Below are positions 40,803 through 52,689 of a stretch of 64,000 nt of DNA, one piece after another. A model generated the notes under the pieces. The model had not been told where the DNA came from and searched no databases. It saw nothing but the letters and a program-made list of their open reading frames with translations. Source of the stretch: Octopus sinensis (lineage: Eukaryota); NCBI RefSeq assembly GCF_006345805.1, contig NC_043002.1, positions 60,698,001-60,762,000 on the forward strand, given 5' to 3'. Position numbers and translations under genes: made by a program. Position 1 is the stretch's first letter. Each line of letters begins with the position of its first letter.

Positions 40803-41700
40803 CAGGGTGCGTTATGTAAATTGTCATCATCTTATATTTTTTGATTCCGCGCATGTGCATCTTCTTCGTTTTTGGTTTTGTCGACTTCACATTATAGTAC
40901 TCTCAGTAGGGCACCGCCGCTGAGAAAAACAGCGCCATGACGCAATTCATTCTACCAGAAATTTGGAAAAGACATGATGTAATGCTTGGTGTTCGCGCCG
41001 AAAACTCAAATACGAGCATTTCCCAGTGTTTGGGTTTCAATATGAGTGTTTGCCGTGTCCCCAAAACATATACTGAGAGTGATAAAAAGCAGATACCCAA
41101 CGAACATCATGGAGTTTGGATTGCTCTCTAGTTGATGGCGACATTATGTCTCCATTCGTCTTCCCACGCGGCCTCAGACTCAACATAGAGGCCTACATCT
41201 AGTGCCTGGAGGAGGTAGTGCTTCTCTGGGTCACGAGGGTGGCTTCTGGAAGTCTATATGTCTGGCAACAGTGTCCTGTGCCCATGTCACACAAGTAGGA
41301 GAACCGAATCATGGCTGACAGACGATTTCTGCCACCTCATCACCCCTAACATCTGACCAACTAACTCTCCAGAATGCAACAGCCTAAACTAATATATGTG
41401 GGGTGTAGTTGAATGAGACACCAACAAAACTCCTTGTAACACCAAAAATCAACTGAAGGCAAGAAGTATAGCAGTATTCACCATCTTAAACAAGGAGACC
41501 GTCCATAAGAGTTGCAGGAGATTCCGAAGTCGTCTGGAGGCCGTGGTTCAACCAGCCAATGGCGATTTCATTGAATAAACTTGGTCTTTCTTATTTCAAG
41601 AAACGTTAATGTAATTTTGGTAAATATATCTGTTAAAATGAGATGTTAGTGTTATTTTCATTTTTGTGTAATTTAGACTACGATTTATTAACGCTCCCTG
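40803..41700 (+). mobile_element. Internally deleted Tc1/mariner-superfamily element (maT/DD37D-like)
   Basis: TA|cagggtgcgtta left end and taacgctccctg right end form a TIR pair; MTQFILPEIWKRH N-terminus; YVWQQ...WL...ITPNI*PTNSPECNSLN*YMWGVVE...CRRFRSRLEAVV. Confidence 0.88.
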
Positions 41701-42149
41701 TGTAGGTCTATGCGCAAATAACTATATATCATTCCGCCCAAACATTTCATTTTCTTCTTCTTTTATTATTTTAGTCATACCTCTATAACTTATATAATTT
41801 AAAATCTTCCTGATCACTATTTAAGCAAATTAAGCTCTAAATATTTTCTGCTCGGTTGTTAGGACTTTACTACCCTTCTTAAGGGCCCGTCTCCCATCTC
41901 GTCGTCTTTTTCAGTCCCTATTAGTATCACTTTCCCCGTGTCGTAAAACACCAGGGTTATAAATTAGGTCTTTCCATGGATCAAAAATATCCTCATCATT
42001 TGATTCCAGACAATTGTCTAGTTATCAATTTAATAGATCTGATCACTTTCGGTTTTTGCAGACTAATGCCGTTGGGTGGTCACATACCACTTCCGTCATA
42101 TGAATTTCTGTAACAATGGTTCTGCCTGTACTGACCCACCACTAGCATA

Positions 42150-42515
42150 CGACATGATAAGAGCCTATGAAACTGCCGATCCATCTCTACTGTTGTTTTT
42201 CTAGGAGCGGCCGTCATTTGCAGATTTTATTATTGGCTAGTGGCTTGGTAAAGCTTCAATGTTTGAACACAAGCTGTTTTACTGCAACCTAATTGCTTGC
42301 TAACGTTCATGAACGACTCAATTTGCCGCTGAAGCAACACGATCTTTGATCTAGTAACTGGACTGATTACTACGATGCATTCCCATTACGATTTACTGCG
42401 TAACAATGATGATTTATTAAACAAAACAATGCAGTACGACCAGGTTTATGACCACCCATTTGGTTTATTAATTTGCATAATATTGGTACGGTCTCTTAAT
42501 TATTTTGCCGACAAT
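42150..42515 (-). mobile_element. Tc1-like transposase N-terminal HTH relic with probable left TIR
   Basis: RSKIVLL...VSKQLGCSKTACVQTLKLYQATS...PRKTTVEMDR; gtcggcaaaataattaagagacc upstream. Confidence 0.7.
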
Positions 42516-43849
42516 TTCTAATGATTTGAATTAATTTTCGAATTGTTGAAAGATATATAACGCTTTTATCATTCGAAACAGAAAATAATTATCTATAAAC
42601 TGTAAAAAGTAAAATAATTATATACAGTGTTGTTAAAAATAGATTAATGAAGGAATAGAAATGTCATCATCGGTCTTAAGCTTATTTTCGTCAGTGTGTG
42701 AATATATATATATATATATATATATGTATATTTATCTATATATATCTATATGCATATATGCATATTTACATATATATATTTATGTAAATATACGTACACT
42801 ATTTAATTATTTTATTGTTTTTATCTTAGAGCTGATGAGTGACTATATTTAATTTGAATTGATTTTATTGTTATCAATTTAAAAATATAGCCACGGAAAA
42901 CCTGTAGACTATGTAATATTTATATACTATTTATTTATTACTCAGTACTTTATTTAGGTCTAGGTAAATGTTTTATCCTATCTTTAATTTACTTTTATAT
43001 GGTATGATTTAAGTATATCATTGTTGAATTGCTTCATGATGGTCCTTCCCTAATTTATATATATATATATATATAATTGTGTGTCTGATGAAAACACCTG
43101 GTGCTGAATTCCCTTCCTTGTATTTCGAAAAGAGATCTTTGTGGAATGTTTATTTTAGATGTTCTTAGTCATTTTCAACCTATGAATGTGTGTCTGTGTG
43201 TATAGACTTCTGTGAGTTTCTAGACAAATAAAAGAAAGATAGGAAGAAAGAAAGACAGAGACAGAAAGATAGGAAGGAAGAGGGAATTAAGGAATGAAGG
43301 AAAGGCGTTGTTTTTTGAGATGATTGAAATTGATGACAGGTTAGATTTTTTATCAGTCTCAATAAGTTTAAGTTGTGTGACTGACAAAATCTTTTTTCCG
43401 TCAGGTGTTTGAAAAAAAATGGAATCTGCAGAATGAGTCGGGAAAGCTTATCAATGTGTGTGTGTGTGTGTGGGGGGGGGGGGTCCGTATGCGTGTGAGG
43501 TAGTCAGTTTCGCGTGTTGGTTGTTTAAATATTTTTTTTCTAATTATATTAGTAATGAGAACATTATTGATAATAATACCCAGTGGCAGTCTCGTCTGGT
43601 TTCGTCTGTGAAAGTAATTTATTTCAAAACGGATTTTTTTGTTATTTTATATGAATATATCTTTTAAACTTTTAATTTTGGTAGAAATTCTTTTATAAAA
43701 TATTGTTCCAAGTGAATATTCCCGGTTACTTTAGCAACAGTAATGAGAGTATTATTAATAATAATATGTAGTGGTAATCTGATTTGGTTAATCTGGATAA
43801 CTAATCCTTTTAATAAAGGTTTTTGTCATGTTTTTATATGCATAATTTT

Positions 43850-44155
43850 TACACATGTATTTTAGGTATTAGGATTTTAATAAAATATAGTTCCATTGCC
43901 ATCTGGTATGTAGGACCATCTCTTGTACGTTTGTAGAAAGGAAAGATCTTCAATCTGCTATTTCCGCATAATTCCAGTTGCTTGCACAACAGAATGTTAC
44001 GTTATGTGCTTTTTTAAAAAGAAATTGTATGATGTGCTGTTTATGTATTCGCGCACGATGGCGAAGGAAATCGTTGTTTTCCCCAATATAATTCTCATCG
44101 AGGTTAGGACAGGTTATTCCGTATATTAGATTCCGCTTCTTATAGTTTCTATTTG
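43850..44155 (-). mobile_element. PLE GIY-YIG endonuclease relic
   Basis: NLIYGITCPNLDENYIGENNDFLRHRARIHKQHI; later frameshifted LKIFPFYK...MELYFIKILIPK. Confidence 0.8.
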
Positions 44156-44209
44156 CATTAATTAGGAAGGATACTCTACTTTAAAATTTTATAAGAGCAT
44201 CTAAACACA

Positions 44210-44244
<35 letters not shown>

Positions 44245-44429
44245 GCACACACAAACAAACACACATACATATATATGTATATAAAGGGAATGGATGTTCT
44301 TTAAGAAATCATTTATAACGAATCCCTATAAGTGACGAAATCGCTGAATAATTTTTATCCAAATCCTTTCCTTAAGCTATGAAATTTGTACTTCACTTCA
44401 ATCTATTCAAGCAATTTATACCAGCAATA

Positions 44430-44590
44430 TCTATATCTATAAAAGAGCGTTTATATGTGTGCGTGTGTGTGCGCGTATGTTCATTATGTATTCCAAAAAC
44501 GAGTTGCCGATTTTGACGTATGGAATGTCAAAAGATTCAGTAAGCTTTTGGCTACCAACTAAACTATATTTTAACTCACATATCTGCATT
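44430..44590 (+). mobile_element. Helitron-like 5' end
   Basis: A|TCTATATCTATAAAAGAGCG followed by a TG-rich stretch and ccgattttgac; no linked 3' CTAG found. Confidence 0.45.
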
Positions 44591-45840
44591 ACAAAAAATT
44601 ACCATTATCACTTTTGTTATAGTCACCTATCGTAAACGACATTTTATACCACCACAGCGACGATAACGTCGGATTTTCTATATGGGTGTGTGTTCGCGCG
44701 TTCGTTATGTAAGTTAGACCTATGTTTGACAAATATATGTGCGTGACGATGTATGTGTCTGTCAGTATGCATACAGTTGTGTGACGACTGAAACACTCAC
44801 ACACACGCGCGCGCACACACACACACATCTAAAGACAGAGACAGACAGACAGACACAGGGACAGAGATTAGCTTGAGGTGTGCGTTAATATATGTGTATG
44901 TGTCTTAGTATATATATATATGTGATTTTACCCTCATCCATCAAAGTGAAACGAGCCGGTTTTGAAACAGTTTATTTATGGAATTTAAACGAAAAACAAC
45001 GTTCACTTTCAAGTACTATCAACATGAAGATCTTGCTGATTTAACACCACTAACAATACTCGCAAATATATCTGAAAAAAAATATTATTCTGGTTATTAT
45101 AACAAATTCGGAAACTTGTCGAAGTAGAAAGCCTGAGCGGCTCTTTCAATGTTATTCCACTACTAACCAGTTTCAAGATAATGCTTTTTTAACAGCCCTG
45201 ATCGTATCCTGCTATGTATTTTCATTACTGTGAGTATAAACGTCGCATAACATCTTTATTGCGTTAGTCAGTATTTATTCTACAGCCTATATATAACGTT
45301 ACACAGTTCAAAAATACATGTATTTTGCTACATACATCGATCAACAAATATTTTAAATTAACGTTTACAACAGCAGCATATTCCTTTATATACACTTTGC
45401 TCAGCGTTCGTTTCAAAATTGTAAAATAAATTATTTTTCTATGAAAAATTTATTTAAGCCTTCTGAATTTTTGGACTTTCACTTTCTTACCGTCACATTA
45501 ATTCACTCATGGATTTCATAACGTTTCGTGCATGCTCCAAATAAATGTTGACTTTCTGTACTTTGTTACATTGGTGACGCATACTAACTTTTGCTAAATT
45601 GGTGACTTTTCATTTCTTATAGCATGCTACAGAAAGTACGTTTTGCACTCGTATTGATTACATTTTGCTTCGCTTGAACTTTGAGTGTACGTTTTGCTGT
45701 TTTCAATATTATCAATTCTATGAGTGTGTATATATGTGTGTGTGTATGTATGTTTCTGCGTTCGTTACGTCTATAGTAAATTATAGTAATAAACATTTTA
45801 TACTGTTTTCATGAGCCTTCATCTTATGAAGTAGCCATCC

Positions 45841-46080
45841 TTGTTTTTTGCTGGTCCCCATCAAAATCATGATCTTTACATTCGTGTTCGAGATAGCAAC
45901 CTTAAATGTATTTCACAGACTCATCCCCTTTATGATTCCCTCTGGATTCATTTAAATATTCCACGAATTGAACCTGTAACAAGGGAGACAATCACGAACA
46001 AAAAGTTTCGTCAAATGACTTCTGTTTTTGCCACCTGATGTTAAGAACAGAACAATCAAAACAATTACAAATGTCTTCAT
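45841..46080 (+). pseudogene. Helitron RepHel fragment
   Basis: DLYIRVRDSNLKCISQTHPLYDSL[deletion]WIHLNIP resembles RepHel DI.IR.R...L..ISE.HP.YD.LQYPL...GWH.NIP; HLMLR follows. Confidence 0.62.
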
Positions 46081-46474
46081 TTTCATTTATGTATTTTCTG
46101 CGGAATCTCAACAACCAGTTATGGGTATTTTTCAAATATACTTCTATACAACGACAAGGTTTCATAACAAAGTGAAAATAAGTTCACACTTTCAATTTGA
46201 ACCAAAATTACAAAATGCTGGATTACGAGAGTGACGATTTGCGAATAATAAAGGTAATGTTTGTGTAATGTTTGTGTGTGTGTGTGTGTGTGTAAATAGA
46301 TGTGTGTATTTTTCCCTTTTTGACAATTAACACGGAAAAAATAGAGAAATACTTACCAGGGTAACAAAAAATCATTTTTTCGTTTCTTCATTTACCTGAA
46401 GAGAAGATTACATTGTTGTACACCATTTTATTTCCGATGTTGGTGTCTTTACGTCGCTGTAACTTTACGTCGCG

Positions 46475-46585
46475 ATTTGGCAACGGACGCCGATAGAATA
46501 AATACTAGGTTTATAAAGAATAAGTTCCAAGATCGATTTAGTCCAGTAAAGGCGGTGCTCTTGTATGGCCGTAGTCAACTGTCTG
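46475..46585 (+). mobile_element. SINE family A, 3' fragment
   Basis: cgccgatagaataaatactagg...aaggcggtgctc. Confidence 0.7.
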
Positions 46586-46616
46586 GAACAAAAAAACGAA
46601 TATACATACATATATA

Positions 46617-46685
<69 letters not shown>

Positions 46686-46954
46686 CTGTGTGTGTGTCTG
46701 TGTGTGTCTGTGTCTGTGTGTGTATGTATATATGTATATACAATTGACAGAGGAATTAAGGAGGCACAGAACACTTTTATGAGGAGATACGTACATTGTT
46801 ATTTAAAACAGTTTTGTTCGACCCAATACAGCGTAAAGTTGCGCAGGATTCTTAGTGAGACAGTTCACCGCGCTCCGTTTGTTGAATAGAGAAATAAGGA
46901 ATGTCCAACATTGTTGCTGTTGTTTCTTGTTCCTTTTCAAGTAATGCCTGTCTC

Positions 46955-47210
46955 ATTGAGACAGTTTCCCGGTTTCCTTGGCGTATAGGTTCCCCACCAG
47001 GACGGGACGCCGGTCCGACGCAGGAGAGCTGCAAGATGCAGGCGGAAAGAATGAGAGGAAGTTGTGGGGAAAGATTCAGCTGAAGTTCGCCATTAACTTC
47101 TACCGGATCCGCGTGGAGCTTAGGTGTTTCGTTCATAAACACATACATCGCCGTGTCTGAGATTCGAAGCAGCGATCCCTCGATCTCGAGTCCACTGCTC
47201 TCACCACCAT
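46955..47210 (-). mobile_element. SINE family C
   Basis: Homologous to 38640-38918. Confidence 0.8.
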
Positions 47211-47886
47211 ATGCCTCCACGATGTCCAAGATAGATACCGGAAATTGGGCCGCTATAGGTGAAGACGGATCGCGTGAACTTATTACAATTGAAATCAAAA
47301 TATTGCAGCGACGCTAAACATAAAAGAAAAAAATAACTTTAAGCTAGTTGTACCCTGCTGTCTGGTCTTTTTGTAGGGACTTATGGGACATCAGATGCGT
47401 GGCTGACATGTGTGTGTGTATGTGTGTGTGTACCAGATGCATGGCTGCGTAGATTTGGGTGTCCGATGCCTATGAGTAGCGGTGGGGTTCAGGTTTGTCT
47501 AAGCTGGCGTGTGAGTAAGAAATAAAGGCACCAGCTTTGTGGTGTACATGTGCTTGTTTGCTAGGCTGTTTGTACGTGTCGGTGCCGGCGCTTATCAGCG
47601 ATGTGTTAGTACACTCGTTCGCGAATATGTCAGTGTATGTCGCGAATATTTCAGCTATGTATATAATCTGTGTATGTATCTGTTGTATGAATATGCCAAT
47701 GTGTGCCCGCGCGAATAACGCATGTGTATACGATACTCACACCCACACTCTCTTCATAGGGCTTGAAAGAGTCATCCAAAATCTCTTTCGATTTTGTTTG
47801 CACGAAAAGAGTTGAACTTAAATAAGCAGCAGTTCTTGAGAAGTAACAGTTGGAACGAATAGTATATATATATATATATAATCTAT

Positions 47887-47929
<43 letters not shown>

Positions 47930-48306
47930 CTTATTTCATTTTTGCATTTGGTTTGCAAGATTCTTTGTGTGAATTCGTGTGTTGAAGTATATTTTTAATA
48001 CCTTATAAATTATGACACTCACCGGTTCATTTTCCACTCATTTTTTCTTGCTTTTCTAAAATGTTCATTGCTTCTGGCAACCTCTTCAATAGTTGTTGAC
48101 TCAGTCTGTTATCGAAACAGCGTTCTTTCAGTTCCAATAATGGACAGATTCAACAGCTGTTGAAGAGTTTGCAAGAAGTGACGAAAATGTTAGTATACAA
48201 ACGAATGAATGGAAATTGAACCAGTGAGTGGTGTTAATTGCGAAGACATTAAAACAGAATAACTCTCCCCAGACACAGCAATATATATATATATCTATAT
48301 ATATAT

Positions 48307-48349
<43 letters not shown>

Positions 48350-48539
48350 TATATCTCTTATTATAAAAGGCAGATTTTATCTGCCTCCGTTTGTAATTAT
48401 AGAAATCTACATATAGGATTTCTTCAATTACAATTTACCTAGCATTTTTAAGAGTAGAATGCATCGGGTCATGCCAGGTCCGGTTTTTAAAATTTAAACT
48501 CCAATTAAGCAAAATTTACAGAAAACTCACATTCTGGTG

Positions 48540-48800
48540 TGTATGTCAAATGTTTTTGACAGAAACGAAACGTTACGCTAAACGTAAACAAAACGAAAGA
48601 AAGGATAGTTTGTTATTTCCCACAACCTTAAATGAAATTAAGGCCTATTTTGCCATAAATATTATTATGGGTATCAGAAAGTTACCCAGAATAACAAATT
48701 CTATCGTAAAATTTTATTGTATACCCAATTGAATATTAGCTAATAACCCATTTTCTTTTTCTATACGATGTTGAACAAAATTTTAATAATTTTACAGAAA
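48540..48800 (+). pseudogene. piggyBac-family transposase fragment
   Basis: TETKRYA...PTTLNEIKAYFAINIIMGIRKLPRI matches the ETNRYA...T..E.KAF.G..I.MG..KLP.I motif. Confidence 0.78.
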
Positions 48801-49386
48801 GTTACCCAGATAACAAAATTCAAAAAAAAAAAAATATCGTAAAATTTTGTTGTATACCCAATTGAATATTAGCTAATAACCATTTTCTATAGCGATGTTT
48901 GAACCAAATTTTAATAATTTTACAGAAAGTTACCCAGAATAACAAATTCTATCGTAAAATTTTGTTGTATACCCAATTGAATATTAGCTAATAACCCATT
49001 TTCTATAGCGATGTTTGAACAAAATTTTAATAATTTTACAGGAAGTTACCCAGAATAACAAATTCTATCGTAAAATTTTATTGTATACCCAATTGAATAT
49101 TAGCTAATAACCCATTTTCTATAGCGATGTTTGAACAAAATTTTAATAATTTTACAGAAAGTTACCCAGAATAACAAATTCTATTGTAAAATTTTGTGGT
49201 ATACCCAATTGAATATTAGCTAATAACCCATTTTCTATAGCGATGTTTGAACAAAATTTTAATAATTTTACAAAAAGTTACCCAGAATAACAAATTCTAT
49301 CATAAAATTTTGTTGTATACCCAATTGAATATTAGCTAATAACCCATTTTCTATAGCGATGTTTGAACAAAATTTTAATAATTTTA
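48675..49386 (+). repeat. Tandem array, 6 units, period 116 bp
   Basis: Unit starts 48675, 48795, 48923, 49039, 49155, 49271. Confidence 0.95.
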
Positions 49387-50136
49387 TATATTGTTGAATT
49401 TACCTGTATCTACCTGCAATTAGAGTCACTTTGTGACAAAAATTATAGTATAGAATTGGTTCAGGGACATTTCATTAATTATCTTCCAAAATCACATTAA
49501 TATATTGATAAATATAAATTTATAGTTGTTTAATGAAACCAGACTAAATTTATGATTACGTTAGAAATTAATTGAAACACATAAGGGGTGTATTTTGGTC
49601 AGAAATATAGTAACGAAAGGGTTAAGAAAAACCAAAAAATATGTTATTCTTTATAGATGTTGTATTCAAAATAACATTTTCTTTTAAGAATGCGTATATA
49701 ACAAAGTATGTGTATATACTACGTGGCTTATATCTTTATATATAAGAGTGAAGTGTGTGTCTGTCTCCTACGATTTAGATTCCTAACTACTCCCACATTT
49801 TGCGGTGCAGTGTAACCAAAACCGGGTATCTTATAGTCGTGAGTCATATCGAGCCCTTCTGGGTATTAGCGCGCGTCTACGATGAGTCTACGATTTAAAA
49901 AAATTACCATCATATTTTTCCATTTTAATGCATTCTTTTCGCTATTATATAAGGAAGTAACTCTCTAAAAATATCTACGATGTGTCAACGATTTAAAAAG
50001 AAATTTACCTTAATTTTTTTTCCATTTTTAATGCATTATTTTCCTATTTTTTGGCTATAACTCTCTAAAAATGCTTATATAGTTATTTCCCTTACAAACC
50101 CCGAGCAACGCCGGGCGATACTGCTAGTATATATAT

Positions 50137-50191
<55 letters not shown>

Positions 50192-50254
50192 TACATATAT
50201 ATATGAATATGTGTGTGCATGTAGTAAATGGCTTTGAGACTGTTTTGCCCGCTC

Positions 50255-50372
50255 AATTAATTCACTCAAAAGGCATTGACCACCACACCGCTTTTGTAGA
50301 AAGACACTTGTCCAGCACGTAGCAGAGTGGCACTGAATCCGAGGTTGCAAAGCGAGATTTCTAACCACACAT
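50255..50372 (-). mobile_element. SINE family A, 5' fragment
   Basis: ggattcagtgccactctgctacgtgctggacaagtgtctttctac. Confidence 0.6.
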
Positions 50373-50999
50373 CTTTACCTGTATCTGCTTTTGTTAACGT
50401 TTCTTCGTCGTTTAACACTTGATTATGACAAAACGTTTATTTAGTACTTTGGTCTGTTTCTCTTTTTCTATATGTACGTCTAGCTCGAACTGGAAAACTT
50501 AATCTCATTTCCCCAATAAGAAAGTCACGTAGACAGCAAATGTGTTGCAGTAGTCTTTATTGTTACCTGCAGTAAATAAGAGAAAGGTTAGTTGTGTGTG
50601 TGAATATGATATTAACAAACTTTATAAAAAAACAAAATACAAACATGAGTTAGATTCCATTAAATTTAGTGGGCAAATACTGTTTTTTATTTTTCTTGTT
50701 TAATTTCTCTTTCATATAATCTTTGCCATAGTTAATGCGTAGCATTCTGTTTATTTAAAAGTATATGTATAGAAATGTTTGTGTGTGCTTGTGCGTATGC
50801 TTGAACAAATGCTCCACATATAAACACAGACAGACTCACGTGGAGACGCATATACAAACACATACATACATACATAAATACATACAGACACACATATATC
50901 TATATATATATTGTCTATATAGATTGAATTTCATACATATATATTTACGCACACCCACATATATATATATATGCATGTATATGTGGTGTATATAACATA

Positions 51000-51073
<74 letters not shown>

Positions 51074-51203
51074 TATATATTATATATATATATATATATG
51101 CATACATGCATATATGCATATGTATATATATATAAACATATATATACACATATTATATATGAGTATATGTATATGCATATATATATCTACATATATATGC
51201 ATA

Positions 51204-51308
<105 letters not shown>

Positions 51309-51457
51309 AAATATAAACATTTATACGTGAACGCAAATGTGCGTGTGTAATATGTATATATACACACATATCTATACATACAGAATAATATGTATGTATA
51401 TATATTTTATTTATATATATATATATACATATATTTTTTTATATATTTATTGACGCG

Positions 51458-51506
<49 letters not shown>

Positions 51507-51548
51507 GTATGTTTATGCATGCACGCAAATATGCGTATATACATGTGG

Positions 51549-51599
<51 letters not shown>

Positions 51600-51810
51600 A
51601 ACATATATACATACATATTTGTCTCTATATATGCATAGAAACATATATAATTCATGTAAGAAGATTCTTATTCCTATGACAATTTGTTCTTATGTGTACC
51701 ATATTTAGGAAGGTCGATGTCTGTGACTGGACGTATATGTCTTTGTACACGCAAGCACACACATCACATATACTGTGTATGCGTGTGTGTAAAAGCGCGT
51801 AAATCAACAT

Positions 51811-51882
<72 letters not shown>

Positions 51883-52038
51883 ACCACGTATTCATATATA
51901 TGAATATGCATATTTCAGTATGTGAACATGTGTGCCATAGATAGTGGGTTTTAGTTTATTTTCGTGTTGTTGCGGCTGTGTATATGTGTTCATGCATGTT
52001 GAAGTAATTGTGTGTGTTTGTTTGTTTTGTTTGTTTGC

Positions 52039-52082
<44 letters not shown>

Positions 52083-52402
52083 TGCGTATGTGTGTGTATG
52101 TGTGTGTGTATGTGTGTGTGTGTGTATGTGTGGATGTATATGCAGGTGAAATTCTAGACTATATGTTTGTACATCAGAAATATGTGACTGCATGTTGCCG
52201 ATGGCTATTTACTGAAATATAATTCTTCGTATGTGATGTTGTACTTTTCGCAACTTTTGTCACATAAACGTGACTGATGTTTATATATATTTACAGATGA
52301 CTGTCTACAAACACGCTGGCAAACAAGTAGACAAATAACCCCCAACATACACACAAAGTCATATACATATATATATATATATATATATACATACATCATA
52401 CA

Positions 52403-52438
<36 letters not shown>

Positions 52439-52575
52439 TCTATATGTACATATATACCTGCATACATATATAGAGTCGGGCCATGCCACATATGTTTACA
52501 AACATTAACTTTGTCACGCGGATACATACATACATATATATGTATACATTTATATATATAATATATATATATATG

Positions 52576-52612
<37 letters not shown>

Positions 52613-52616
52613 TATA

Positions 52617-52689
<73 letters not shown>

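Larger units (their letters stand above)
48354..50127 (+). mobile_element. Composite non-autonomous Helitron (outer 5' TC 48354, inner 5' TC 49733, 3' hairpin and CTAG|T 50127)
   Basis: cccgagcaacgccggg hairpin followed by CTAG then T; 5' ends resemble that of 58591. Confidence 0.75.

Noticed and set aside
46852-47298. 148-aa ORF with normal-looking composition
   Set aside because: Mostly a reading of the family C SINE; no protein motif
48150-48190. CTGTTGAAGAG...CGAAA
   Set aside because: No stem II complementarity; at most a heavily eroded motif
48675-49386. Regular repeat array as possible CRISPR
   Set aside because: Units are contiguous and near-identical with no unique spacers, no cas genes, eukaryotic context
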